Sequence record: SRR31156797_4892
Length of the DNA: 41,302 bases
Reading direction: 5' to 3' (one strand)
Shown here: positions 1 through 9,185 of the stretch, in pieces
Layout of the letters: every line of letters starts with the position of its first letter
Numbering within the stretch: the first letter of the stretch is position 1
Program-made: the position numbers and the translations under genes
Notes under the pieces: generated by a model
Databases searched by the model: none
The model's input: only the letters and a program-made list of their open reading frames with translations
What the model was told of the DNA's origin: nothing

Positions 1-81
1 ATGGCATTCATCTCCCGCCCATAAGTGTGGGGTTGAGAGAAAAGATATTTGAACGGCAGAACAGCCAGTCAATAAAAAGAT

Positions 82-1476
82 ATGAAATTCCTGGGAATGC
101 GACAGACAACCTGGAACCGGACCCTTTTGCTCATCGGGGACGTTGCACTAATAATGCTCGCAACCCAGCTGTCCGCCTGGATCAGGTTTGAAGCGACCGA
201 ACCTTCCTACGATGTTTTTAGGACCCATACCGGTGCTGCAACCTTTACCCTTCTGCTCTACCTCATCACCTTCTATGTTTTCAACCTCTACGATGTTTAC
301 CGTCGGGTCTCATCGCGGGAAACGGCTTTAAGGATCTCGGCTGCAGTGACTACGGCGGGGATTTTCTTGGCCTTTCTGTTTTATTCATTGGCTCACTGGG
401 AATTCGGGCGCGGCATTTTTCTGATACAGATGGCGTTTGTGTGGTGTTTTGGATTCGGGTGGCGAAATGCGCTTTTCCGCATTAACCCGATCTCCTCCGG
501 AAAAGAGAAAGTGCTTATATTGGGGGCAGGCGAGAGCGGTACTGCTATGCATCAGCTGTTGCAGATGGCCCATTCACCCTATGAGGCTGTGGGCTTTCTG
601 GATGACGATGTTCGCAAAATCGGCGCGAAAATTGAAAATCTTCCCGTGTTGGGAAGAGCTTCACAGTTAAAGGAAATTGGAAAGAGTTTCGGTGTTAAAA
701 CCACATTGTTGGCAATTACAGAGAACCGTTCGCAGTACCTGATTAAAGCCATTTTGAATGCGAAACTGGATGGCATGACCATCAAGGATATGCCCGAAGT
801 CTTTGAGGACATTACCGGAACCATTCCGGTGGAGCATCTTCGGGATGAATGGCTGGTATTTTCGGATGGCTTTAATCTGATTTCAAAGCAATATGTTCAG
901 AAAATCAAACGGCTTATCGATTTCGGATTCTCAGGGGTATTGCTCCTGTTGTCTTTGCCGCTGATGGTCATAACCATACTGGCTATCAAGTTGGATTCAA
1001 GAGGTCCGGTTTTTTTCAGTCAGGAACGGGTCGGCAAGGGCGGAAAACCTTTCACCGCCTGGAAATTCCGCTCCATGGGTCAGAATGCGGAAAAAAACGG
1101 GGCCCAATGGGCATCCAAAAATGATGACAGGACAACCCGGGTGGGCCGCATCATCCGCATCCTTCGTATCGATGAGTTGCCCCAGATCTACAACGTATTT
1201 CTGGGCGACATGAGTCTCATCGGACCCAGGCCGGAACGCCCTGAATTTGTAAGGCAACTGGAAGCGGAGATTCCCTATTACGGGATACGCCATTCCGTGC
1301 GTCCCGGCATCACGGGATGGGCTCAGGTCAATTACCCGTATGGTGCGTCAATTGAAGATTCATTGAGGAAATTGGAGTACGATATCTTTTACATCAAAAA
1401 CATGTCACTGCTCCTTGACGCCAAGATCGTCCTCAAAACAATCGGGGTTGTGCTGTTTGGGCAGGGCGCGAGATGA
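82..1476 (+). CDS. Priming undecaprenyl-phosphate glycosylphosphotransferase (WcaJ/WbaP-like; resembles the PEP-CTERM/EPS-associated sugar transferases)
   Basis: N-terminal TM helices, a central Rossmann-like 'VLILGAG...GFLDDD' domain, and a C-terminal Bac_transf domain with 'KFRSM', 'IDELPQ', 'GDMSLIGPRPERP' and 'RPGITGWAQV'. Confidence 0.93.
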   Translation: MKFLGMRQTTWNRTLLLIGDVALIMLATQLSAWIRFEATEPSYDVFRTHTGAATFTLLLYLITFYVFNLYDVYRRVSSRETALRISAAVTTAGIFLAFLFYSLAHWEFGRGIFLIQMAFVWCFGFGWRNALFRINPISSGKEKVLILGAGESGTAMHQLLQMAHSPYEAVGFLDDDVRKIGAKIENLPVLGRASQLKEIGKSFGVKTTLLAITENRSQYLIKAILNAKLDGMTIKDMPEVFEDITGTIPVEHLRDEWLVFSDGFNLISKQYVQKIKRLIDFGFSGVLLLLSLPLMVITILAIKLDSRGPVFFSQERVGKGGKPFTAWKFRSMGQNAEKNGAQWASKNDDRTTRVGRIIRILRIDELPQIYNVFLGDMSLIGPRPERPEFVRQLEAEIPYYGIRHSVRPGITGWAQVNYPYGASIEDSLRKLEYDIFYIKNMSLLLDAKIVLKTIGVVLFGQGAR

Positions 1477-1483
1477 AGGCTTG

Positions 1484-1921
1484 TTAGTTCTGATTCTGTG
1501 CCGTTAAAACCATTTTCAAAGCTTTTTTCTTGACGACCTTTTCGTCTACTTTTTTTGCGATTTCAACGGTATCAAACATTCCTTCAAAGGCTTCAAGGGA
1601 TGCCCGATCCAGAGCAGCCTCATAAGCATCTTCTATCATATCCGACAGTTCCGTTTCTGATAGATAGTACCCTCCGGCCTTTCTGCGCTTGTTGCTGCGC
1701 AGGATGGCTCTGACAGCGTTACGGATGGAGACATCCCACGCCCGGGTGGATCGTTTCTCCACATTGATTTTGATCAGGTGAAGGAGGAGAACTTCAAAAA
1801 AGCTTTCGATTTTGTTGATCTTATCGTCTCGGCTCATCTCCTCCATCTCTCCGATCAAGTTTAATGCTTCGGCGTACCTGCCCTGTTCTACATAGCTTTT
1901 CAATTCAAACAGTTCTTCCAT
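1484..1921 (-). CDS. DUF29 family protein
   Basis: 'IGEMEEMSRDDKINKIESFFEVLLLHLIK...RAWDVSIRNA' matches the DUF29 pattern. Start moved from 2002 to ATG 1921, which has a GGAGG RBS and removes the overlap with the upstream gene. Confidence 0.72.
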   Translation of the reverse strand: MEELFELKSYVEQGRYAEALNLIGEMEEMSRDDKINKIESFFEVLLLHLIKINVEKRSTRAWDVSIRNAVRAILRSNKRRKAGGYYLSETELSDMIEDAYEAALDRASLEAFEGMFDTVEIAKKVDEKVVKKKALKMVLTAQNQN

Positions 1922-1943
1922 AATGCCTCCCGGAAGTTTTAGA

Positions 1944-2606
1944 CTATAATCCCTCGGCTTTCGTGAGTTTGAACAACGACTTCCACATAATGCCAAGATC
2001 ATATTTGAGAAGTTTCATCGGTCCATGGGAATTGCAGGTGCTTAAGTATTCCTCGCTGAAAGGCATCAGGTTCTTCGCTACGCCCTTTGATAGTTGGGCG
2101 GGGCCGGTAATACCGCCTTTAAGATATTTCAGTGCAACATATCCTTCAGCCAAATCTTCTTTGTAAATTGGAGGTACATGCGGGCGAGGACCTACAAAGC
2201 TCATCTGTCCAAGGAAAATATTCAGCAACTGGGGCATTTCATCGAGGTAGCATTGAATCAGGATTTTTCCCATTACCGTCGTATTCTTATTTTCAAATTG
2301 AAGAAACCATACGGAATCTTCCGTTGCCGCTTTTTGAAGTGCCGAGGCCGTCAAGACCCTGAACTTAAATAAAGTAAAAGGCGTTCCTCTAGATATTCTT
2401 TTTTCACGATAGAAAATCGGCCCCCGTGAGTTTATGAAAAACAGTCCTTCGACCCACATGCAGTAAGCAATAAGCATAATCAGTGGACTTGCCAGCATCA
2501 ATAGTATCCAAGAGACGCATCTATCTACCGCAAACTTGAGATAGAGATTTCCATTGAGTCTTTTATTGTTAGCCCGGTTTGGAACCTTTTTAGGGTTTTT
2601 CACCAT
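1944..2606 (-). CDS. Small monotopic phosphoglycosyl transferase (bacterial sugar transferase, PglC-like)
   Basis: One N-terminal hydrophobic helix, 'FTLFKFR', catalytic Asp-Glu dyad in 'YLDEMPQ', 'GQMSFVGPRP' and 'GITGPAQ'. Confidence 0.85.
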   Translation of the reverse strand: MVKNPKKVPNRANNKRLNGNLYLKFAVDRCVSWILLMLASPLIMLIAYCMWVEGLFFINSRGPIFYREKRISRGTPFTLFKFRVLTASALQKAATEDSVWFLQFENKNTTVMGKILIQCYLDEMPQLLNIFLGQMSFVGPRPHVPPIYKEDLAEGYVALKYLKGGITGPAQLSKGVAKNLMPFSEEYLSTCNSHGPMKLLKYDLGIMWKSLFKLTKAEGL

Positions 2607-2628
2607 TCACCATTTCTTTCAACGAGAT

Positions 2629-2928
2629 CTACTGACTTGTGGCAATGATTTGTAGTTCAGGGAAATAGGTAGAAGAATATCCTTCGTCATGGGTTACGAG
2701 TTTACGACCTTTCATCTCGAAAGCATATGCTCCGATCAGAAAATCACTCAGGATATGCTGTCTTATTTTGATTTCGAAATTACAGTTTCCGCACATAAAT
2801 TTTTCAAGCTTTTGCCCGCACCTCACATACATGAATACTCGTTGCCTATTATAGGCCTCCCATCGCTTCGCGGCTAAAATATAATTTTTCGGATGTATTT
2901 CACCGATTATAATCCCGGTGTCATTCAA
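2629..2928 (-). pseudogene. C-terminal half of a PIN-domain (VapC-like) protein; N-terminus missing
   Basis: 'SDFLIGAYA...KLVTHDEGYSSTYFPEL' matches the PIN C-terminal motifs. The N-terminal 'DT/DS' motif is absent and only 21 nt separate the ORF from the upstream gene's stop. Confidence 0.65.
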
Positions 2929-2949
2929 AAACTCGCCCGCAGGTCCACA

Positions 2950-4500
2950 CTATTCCGAAAGCTTTATATTATAATGAACGATGTCTTTATTATCATAATT
3001 AGTTATAAATTTCTTATCAAATTGAAAAAAGTCTTTCAGGTATTGCTCAAAAGCGAAACAATCATTTTCGGTACCAAAAAAAAGGCAATCATATACATTG
3101 TCGCGAATTTTTTCTGCAATTAACTGAAATGTATCATCTTTTATGCGATAAGAAGAAAAATGTTTATTTGGGAAATAATAATGCAAAGTGGGAAGAAAAT
3201 CTCGATTAACTAGGGTGGCCCTGTTATAAAGTTCATTTTTCTGAACGTAATTGACCATACTTCTTAACTTCTGCTCAGGAAGTTTTTTTGACATGGGCAA
3301 CAAAAAGCGAAAATAACATGATCCAAAGAGCGCAATAACAATAATGGCGCAAACAACTCTTCTCTTTGGCTGTGAGAGTTTTCCTAAAAGATCAGAGATT
3401 ACGATTCCACTCAAGATAAATAAAGGCGGCAAAAGAGAAGATATATATGTTGGAGAAGTTGAGGTATTCCGGAATGTGCAAATGAAAACTAAAAACGGAT
3501 AAATAAGGAAAGGTAGGTACCATTTACGTTGTTTGACTCTAAGCATCGCTAAAGCTGTGGCCGGAATAAGCAAGATATATTCAACGGGAGAATGCGCGAG
3601 CCGATTTATCCAAACTTCCCAAAAAGCCTGCGTTCCATACTCGCCTCCACGGACAACTGTGAAATAAGTAAAAAATATGTAATTTCGGATCAAGCTCAAC
3701 TTCAACCATGCGGCCGGCCATACCACAAATATCGTTCCGAAAAACAAAGCGGCAGGAACAATAACAGCTCGTACAAGAAAATCCTTAGGTGTCCAACCCG
3801 AAAAGAGTGCCCTCCATTGAACCCACACACAGATTATCAAAGTGAACAAAAGCAATAAAGCGTATTCAATGGCCAAGAAAGCAAAGGCCGTCGCGACAAT
3901 TGCCAAATAAAAAAAGTTCACTTTCTTGGTTTTCAAAAATTTGGAAATAAGCAATAATGAGATGATAACTGTTAGTACATACAGCCCATGTGGGGTGATT
4001 TGGGAGGAAGTTTGAATATTGGTGGTGCTAAATAACATGAAGGTAGAAGCCAAAATGGCAGGCATGCGTCTCTCTTTCTCCAGCAAGAAGAGACATCCCA
4101 TGTAACAAGCTGCGATGCTGGTTATCCAAAAGAGTAGTGAAGTCCATCTGCTTAAAAACTCGCTTTTCCCAAATATCTTATTTGACAAAGAAAGAGCATA
4201 GAAATACAAAGGCCCATGGTAATGCCTATAGAAACTTATGTCGTCACTGCCCCTCAAAAACTCCGACAAAGATGTCCTTTCTTCCTTCTTTAGTCCTTTG
4301 TTTAATCCCTGCCGAATAAATGTTGAAAATGGAATAGCATTCCTGTCAATATAGTTTGCGTACAAACCTTTTGAAGCCGCATACATATAATCGGCCTCAT
4401 CGTACTTGAAATAATCAGTAGAGAGACCTCTCCCACAAAGAAAAAAGGCAGCGGCTAAGATAAAGAAAAGAAAGATAAAATCAATTCTATACTGTTTCAC
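2950..4500 (-). CDS. GT39/ArnT (PMT_2)-like polytopic GT-C glycosyltransferase
   Basis: 'DEADY' acidic motif after TM1, 'HGPLYFY' (HPPL-like) motif, many TM helices, soluble C-terminal domain; GTG start. Confidence 0.72.
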   Translation of the reverse strand: MKQYRIDFIFLFFILAAAFFLCGRGLSTDYFKYDEADYMYAASKGLYANYIDRNAIPFSTFIRQGLNKGLKKEERTSLSEFLRGSDDISFYRHYHGPLYFYALSLSNKIFGKSEFLSRWTSLLFWITSIAACYMGCLFLLEKERRMPAILASTFMLFSTTNIQTSSQITPHGLYVLTVIISLLLISKFLKTKKVNFFYLAIVATAFAFLAIEYALLLLFTLIICVWVQWRALFSGWTPKDFLVRAVIVPAALFFGTIFVVWPAAWLKLSLIRNYIFFTYFTVVRGGEYGTQAFWEVWINRLAHSPVEYILLIPATALAMLRVKQRKWYLPFLIYPFLVFICTFRNTSTSPTYISSLLPPLFILSGIVISDLLGKLSQPKRRVVCAIIVIALFGSCYFRFLLPMSKKLPEQKLRSMVNYVQKNELYNRATLVNRDFLPTLHYYFPNKHFSSYRIKDDTFQLIAEKIRDNVYDCLFFGTENDCFAFEQYLKDFFQFDKKFITNYDNKDIVHYNIKLSE

Positions 4501-4587
4501 GAAAACCGCCCAGATTCCTTAGTCACTTCCATTGAGGGGTTGAAAAAACACGCGACCTCTTTATCTTGATGCAACGTCAGGGTGTTT

Positions 4588-6990
4588 TTATGGCTCCTGG
4601 ATCAGACGAAACCCGAGATTACCAAACCACTTGCTTGGATCACAGCCGCTCCTATTTCCTGAACGGCATGCTTCGGCATAGCTATTCCAACCTCCCCCAC
4701 GAATAACGCGTAATGAACCCGTTGGGGGCCCTAATGGATCAGTTACTCTGTTTTTAGGGTATTCGCCAAGCCAATCCTGACACCATTCCCAAACATTGCC
4801 ATACATCCCGCGCAACCCCCAGGCATTAGGGGGAAAACTTTTAGCGGAAATCGGTCTTTTGCGATACTCCCCCTTCTGGCAAGCTGCAAGCGGATAATTG
4901 CCATTATAATTAGCTTGCTTAGTAGTCAAACAATTTCCAAAAGAAAAGGGCGTGTCGGTACCCGCCCTGCAGGCGTACTCCCATTCAGCTTCTGTGGGAA
5001 GTCGGTATTTGTTTGTACTTTCCAACACATTAAGTCGCCTTATGAACTCTTGAATGTCATTCCATGTCACTTGTTCAACGGGGCAGTCATCGCCACACTG
5101 ACCAAAATAAGAAGGATTTTTCTCCATTAACTTCTTCCACTGTCCCTGGGTGACTTCCGTGATTTGCATATAGAATCCTTTTGTCAAATTCACTTCATGC
5201 AACTTTGAGCCCTCCGCCATTTTTTTATCAGGAAATCGCATACCCATTTTAAAGGATCCTGGAGGAATAAAGGCGAACTCCATTCCCAATTTGTTTTTAA
5301 ATGTTTTTTTTCTGGCGGATTCTACCTTTCTGAATTTACGTGTTTTGATTGCTGTCGAAGTCAAGAGGCGATTCTTGGCTTCGGATGTTCCTCTCTTATC
5401 CCTTCCAATGTTGTCATAGTACTCGTATGCGCCCATATCAGGACAACAGCTGTTGGGACGAAGGTTCCCTATCAAATCCTTCCCGAACGAATGTGTGGAA
5501 ATTCCTTTATCGATAGCTGGACTGGCAGCTCTTAACCGAAAATCACCCTCCGTATTGTTAGCGAACGTTTCCCCTATTCTTGCTTGGATGGAATGACGAT
5601 CGTTGCCATTGCCCTGCCCAGTGACAAATCTAGATGTTTTATGGGCTATTTCCGACAACTTTCTCTGCCATTTTCCAAAACGATAGGCCTCATCGCCCAT
5701 TTCCCAAATTCTTCCATCTTTGGCAAATAGGTTGTAGTCAGATACGATTTCAAGATCACCAATCTTACCTGTAGTAGAAAAACAGGGGACGTGTCCTTCA
5801 GTAAAAATGATATTGTTAAAAAATGTATCTCTGTAAGCACCATAATTCAGGCCAACGGCATAGGAAGCACCTGCCGGCATGATAATCGTGTTATGGATGA
5901 CTAAATTATCATTCGAAGGCACAGCGCCATCTCCTTTAAAAAAGGCTATCCCCTTCTTTCTGTTATTATAAAGAAGATTATTCCTGAAGACTGATTTTGT
6001 GACGCCATCAACATTAATGCCGGTGCTATTATCGTAGATAGTATTATTTTCTACTATTGCATAAGATACTATCCCATCCCCACTGCGACGGTCTCCATTC
6101 ATGTGAAGTCCTATCTGCGAATTATCATGAAGAACATTACCCCTCACAGTAACGTAATCAGAGCTGTCGGAAACGTAAATGCCTATTTGGCCGCCATAGG
6201 CTTCATTATTTTCAAATGTTGTGTAGTCACTGAGTGAACAAAATAGATTCGAATGTCCAGCGCCATATACAGTGTTGTTTCTTATTATGCTGCCGATGGA
6301 ATGGGTTAATCTTATGCCCCGACTATGTTTAATTTTGGGAGCATGGATTGTTAAATTCTCAATTGTAATATAGCTCGCAAAATGGACTTCAAAACCATTT
6401 CTTTTTGAGCATCCCGACAAATTTATTGTTACCCCTTCCCCTTTCCCTCTAAATGTGATCGGCTTCCCCTTTTTTCCGGAGGTTCGAATACTTATTTGTT
6501 TGTTCATAGAATATTTTCCGGGATTGATCAAAACAGTATCACCTGCTTTGACCTTGCCTATTGCGTAAGTCAATGATTTCCACGGCTTAAATTCCGAGCC
6601 TTCATCTGAATCCTTTCCATTAACATCCAAATAGTACACTTTTCCTCCGCAGGGAGTAGCCTGCCACCTACCTCCACAGCAGTAACCATGGTACCGATTT
6701 TCGCCGTTACAGTTACAGCCGGAGTTCGGAATACTCTCTGTTTTGCATTTTGAGCAGGGCAAATCTATCCCTGAGCAATCTTCATCAATTCCATTTCCAC
6801 AGATTTCCATACTCTTAATGCAATTATGAGATATCTCTTCACCCATGGCAAAGTTACAGTTGTTCCCCACTGTAAAAGAACCAAAGAGAATGGCCAAGAA
6901 CGCAAAGGTTCCAATCATGAACCCATTAAAAATAACTCTTCGGACATTAAAAAATATATCCATCTGTGGCACCCCTTCTACAAAACACAT
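4588..6990 (-). CDS. Exported multidomain protein: Cys-rich MopE-like motif, right-handed parallel beta-helix, choice-of-anchor-Q-like tail and C-terminal FGE-sulfatase (SUMF1/C-type-lectin-fold) domain
   Basis: N-terminal hydrophobic segment; 'EICGNGIDEDCSG'; 'GSEFKPWKSL..A...VKAGDTVLI.PG.Y'; repeated 'I.NN.I..N..GI' PbH1 units; 'FRLRAASPAIDKG...PDMGAYEY'; 'YRLPTEAEWEYACRAG', 'GNVWEWCQD' and 'RGGGW...GFRL'. The true start may be 6963. Confidence 0.8.
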   Translation of the reverse strand: MCFVEGVPQMDIFFNVRRVIFNGFMIGTFAFLAILFGSFTVGNNCNFAMGEEISHNCIKSMEICGNGIDEDCSGIDLPCSKCKTESIPNSGCNCNGENRYHGYCCGGRWQATPCGGKVYYLDVNGKDSDEGSEFKPWKSLTYAIGKVKAGDTVLINPGKYSMNKQISIRTSGKKGKPITFRGKGEGVTINLSGCSKRNGFEVHFASYITIENLTIHAPKIKHSRGIRLTHSIGSIIRNNTVYGAGHSNLFCSLSDYTTFENNEAYGGQIGIYVSDSSDYVTVRGNVLHDNSQIGLHMNGDRRSGDGIVSYAIVENNTIYDNSTGINVDGVTKSVFRNNLLYNNRKKGIAFFKGDGAVPSNDNLVIHNTIIMPAGASYAVGLNYGAYRDTFFNNIIFTEGHVPCFSTTGKIGDLEIVSDYNLFAKDGRIWEMGDEAYRFGKWQRKLSEIAHKTSRFVTGQGNGNDRHSIQARIGETFANNTEGDFRLRAASPAIDKGISTHSFGKDLIGNLRPNSCCPDMGAYEYYDNIGRDKRGTSEAKNRLLTSTAIKTRKFRKVESARKKTFKNKLGMEFAFIPPGSFKMGMRFPDKKMAEGSKLHEVNLTKGFYMQITEVTQGQWKKLMEKNPSYFGQCGDDCPVEQVTWNDIQEFIRRLNVLESTNKYRLPTEAEWEYACRAGTDTPFSFGNCLTTKQANYNGNYPLAACQKGEYRKRPISAKSFPPNAWGLRGMYGNVWEWCQDWLGEYPKNRVTDPLGPPTGSLRVIRGGGWNSYAEACRSGNRSGCDPSKWFGNLGFRLIQEP

Positions 6991-7072
6991 CCGACTTAAA
7001 GCTGACTTGAGACGATTCTCCCGGCCTAAAAAACTGATTGAATATAGGTAATAGCTTGAAAAAATGGATATA

Positions 7073-8386
7073 TTACATATCCGTAGCGTTTTGTGTTACC
7101 AAAGAAAAAACCTTGGCAAGTTTTTTTGTCAAAAAATTCCTTTCATATTTTGAGACATCAATTTTATGATGCGTCATTAACCATTCTTGATGCGAAATCA
7201 ATTTCAAAATTCGTGTTGCAATCAAATTTACATTGCCTGGATCAATAATTGATGCGTTTCCATATTCTTTATCCAGTAGTCTGCTGGTTTCGCCTTCAGG
7301 AACAATCGCCATAATATGTTTTCCTGTTGCCATGTACTCGAATGTCTTGGCGGGGATAATTTTATCCGCACCCGGTAAATCGCTTAACGAAATGAGTAGA
7401 ACATCCGCTCCACTTATTTCATGCAACACGTCATCATGGGGAATATAACCGGTTAGTTCAACGAAATTTTCTAATTGTTTGTCCTTCAAATAGTGGATTT
7501 CCTGATCCACAATCCTCCCAATGATTCTAATATGTATTTTGTTAGGAATTCGCGGATTTTTTCCGATTAGCAATTTTATCGCTTTAATAAAAGGTAGTAG
7601 AGATGTCGCCTTCCAAACAGTTCCCGAATATAAAAAATTTATTCTCAGATCATTTTTTTTCAAATGGCGACTATTTTGGAGTTTCAAAAAGTCCCCTGCA
7701 TCATATCCGTTCGTTATAACGTGTCCTTTTTTTCGTTTTAAGGTAGGATATCTGCTCAGAATACTTGTGACATAGGAAGCGGTTGCGGCGGTAAATGCAG
7801 AGCAATTTATAACTACATATCTTTCCAAGACCCTGTCCAAAATCACAGAAAAGGGGGTTCTAACCGCATTTTCCATATGTAAACGATAGAAGGCCCATTC
7901 ATCTCTAAAGTCAGAAACAACAGGTATGCGAAAAAATTTGCCCACAAAAATAACCGGCACAAGTGAGGAAAAAGGGGGAGCTGTTACGAATAGGCAGTCT
8001 ACCGACTCCTTCTTAATAATTTTGAATAATGATAAGAATAAGCCCGGCCACCATAATATCTGGGGGTCCGGTATTATTAGCTTATTTTTAACCCATTTTA
8101 GAAGCCTTTTTGTACTTCTTTTGTCTCCTTTCTTATCTTGTCCAACAAAAAAGATCCTTTTTAATTTGTATTGGGGTTCAAAAGTCCTAGCCTTATATAT
8201 AATGCACTGTGGTGAGATATCAGACTTTTGCTTTGAGTCAAACAGGGGAACAGAAGGGTTTTTTACCGTCAAAACAATAGGCTGCCAGCCAAAATCCTTT
8301 AAATATTTGATAAACTTTGTACTTCTTTGGACGCCCGCCCCTCCGACAGGTGGAAAACCATAGGTAACCATTAGAACCTTTCTCAT
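7073..8386 (-). CDS. Glycosyltransferase family 4
   Basis: 'KVLMVTYGFPPVGGAGVQR', 'DFRDEW', 'ITNGYD', 'PAKTFEYMATGK'. ATGA overlap with the upstream deacetylase. Confidence 0.88.
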   Translation of the reverse strand: MRKVLMVTYGFPPVGGAGVQRSTKFIKYLKDFGWQPIVLTVKNPSVPLFDSKQKSDISPQCIIYKARTFEPQYKLKRIFFVGQDKKGDKRSTKRLLKWVKNKLIIPDPQILWWPGLFLSLFKIIKKESVDCLFVTAPPFSSLVPVIFVGKFFRIPVVSDFRDEWAFYRLHMENAVRTPFSVILDRVLERYVVINCSAFTAATASYVTSILSRYPTLKRKKGHVITNGYDAGDFLKLQNSRHLKKNDLRINFLYSGTVWKATSLLPFIKAIKLLIGKNPRIPNKIHIRIIGRIVDQEIHYLKDKQLENFVELTGYIPHDDVLHEISGADVLLISLSDLPGADKIIPAKTFEYMATGKHIMAIVPEGETSRLLDKEYGNASIIDPGNVNLIATRILKLISHQEWLMTHHKIDVSKYERNFLTKKLAKVFSLVTQNATDM

Positions 8387-9081
8387 TTTGGCACCGATCG
8401 TTTTTTATTATGATTGAGAGATTCAAGCATTGTCGTGATTGTTGTAAAGGAAAATCCTCTATCAATCAAACGAGGCGCCTCATTAAGAACAATGTCTCGC
8501 GACAAGGCTCCGTCATCGTGCATAAGTAGGATGTCGTTCTTTTTTGCGCACCGCACCGCCTCCGATGATAAGGACATGGACGAATTTCCAAATGAATCCC
8601 GACAATCCAAAGACCACATTACGATCACTATCCGATTTTTGATGCAGTAAGTCAGAAGCGGGAAACTCAGTTTACCATATGGCGGTCTGAAAAGCCTGGT
8701 TTCAATGTCTACGGTCCGTTTTAAAACGCGATTGGTCTTCTCTATTTGGAAATGGAAATCTTGCATCGGCGCCACCCTGTATTGATTATGATCAAAAGAG
8801 TGATTTCCGATCTCATGCCCCCGATCCAGTATCTCCCTTACAATGCATGCATTCTTTTCGACCTTACGACCCAATAGAAAGAACGTAGCAACCAGGTCTA
8901 ATTCAGCAAGAGCATCGAGGAGTCTCGGCGTATGATTTGGATCGGGACCATCATCAAAGGTCAATGCGAGCTGTTTCCCTGGCGATTTTCCTCTCCAGAG
9001 GATCTCTAGAGGAAATGCCGGATATTCCAACAACGATTTTACCAGGTTTTTCAAGTGAGAATTTGAATCAACGAAAATCAT
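8383..9081 (-). CDS. Polysaccharide deacetylase (NodB/CE4)
   Basis: CE4 motifs 'LTFDDGP', 'GNHSFDH', 'FRPPYG' and 'LLMHD'. Confidence 0.92.
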   Translation of the reverse strand: MIFVDSNSHLKNLVKSLLEYPAFPLEILWRGKSPGKQLALTFDDGPDPNHTPRLLDALAELDLVATFFLLGRKVEKNACIVREILDRGHEIGNHSFDHNQYRVAPMQDFHFQIEKTNRVLKRTVDIETRLFRPPYGKLSFPLLTYCIKNRIVIVMWSLDCRDSFGNSSMSLSSEAVRCAKKNDILLMHDDGALSRDIVLNEAPRLIDRGFSFTTITTMLESLNHNKKRSVPK

Positions 9082-9185
9082 TTTACAATAACAAAACCAG
9101 CGCTTTGAATTCTAAATTACTATATTTGCATTTTTCTACTCCATGGGCAGGGAGCATTTCCATTTTCTGACTAACCCCTAATGTT

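Noticed and set aside
4591-4705. C-terminal FGE-sulfatase/CLec segment as a diversity-generating retroelement variable region
   Set aside because: No reverse transcriptase, avd gene or template-repeat copy of this segment is visible in the window. A remote DGR cannot be excluded without the genome.
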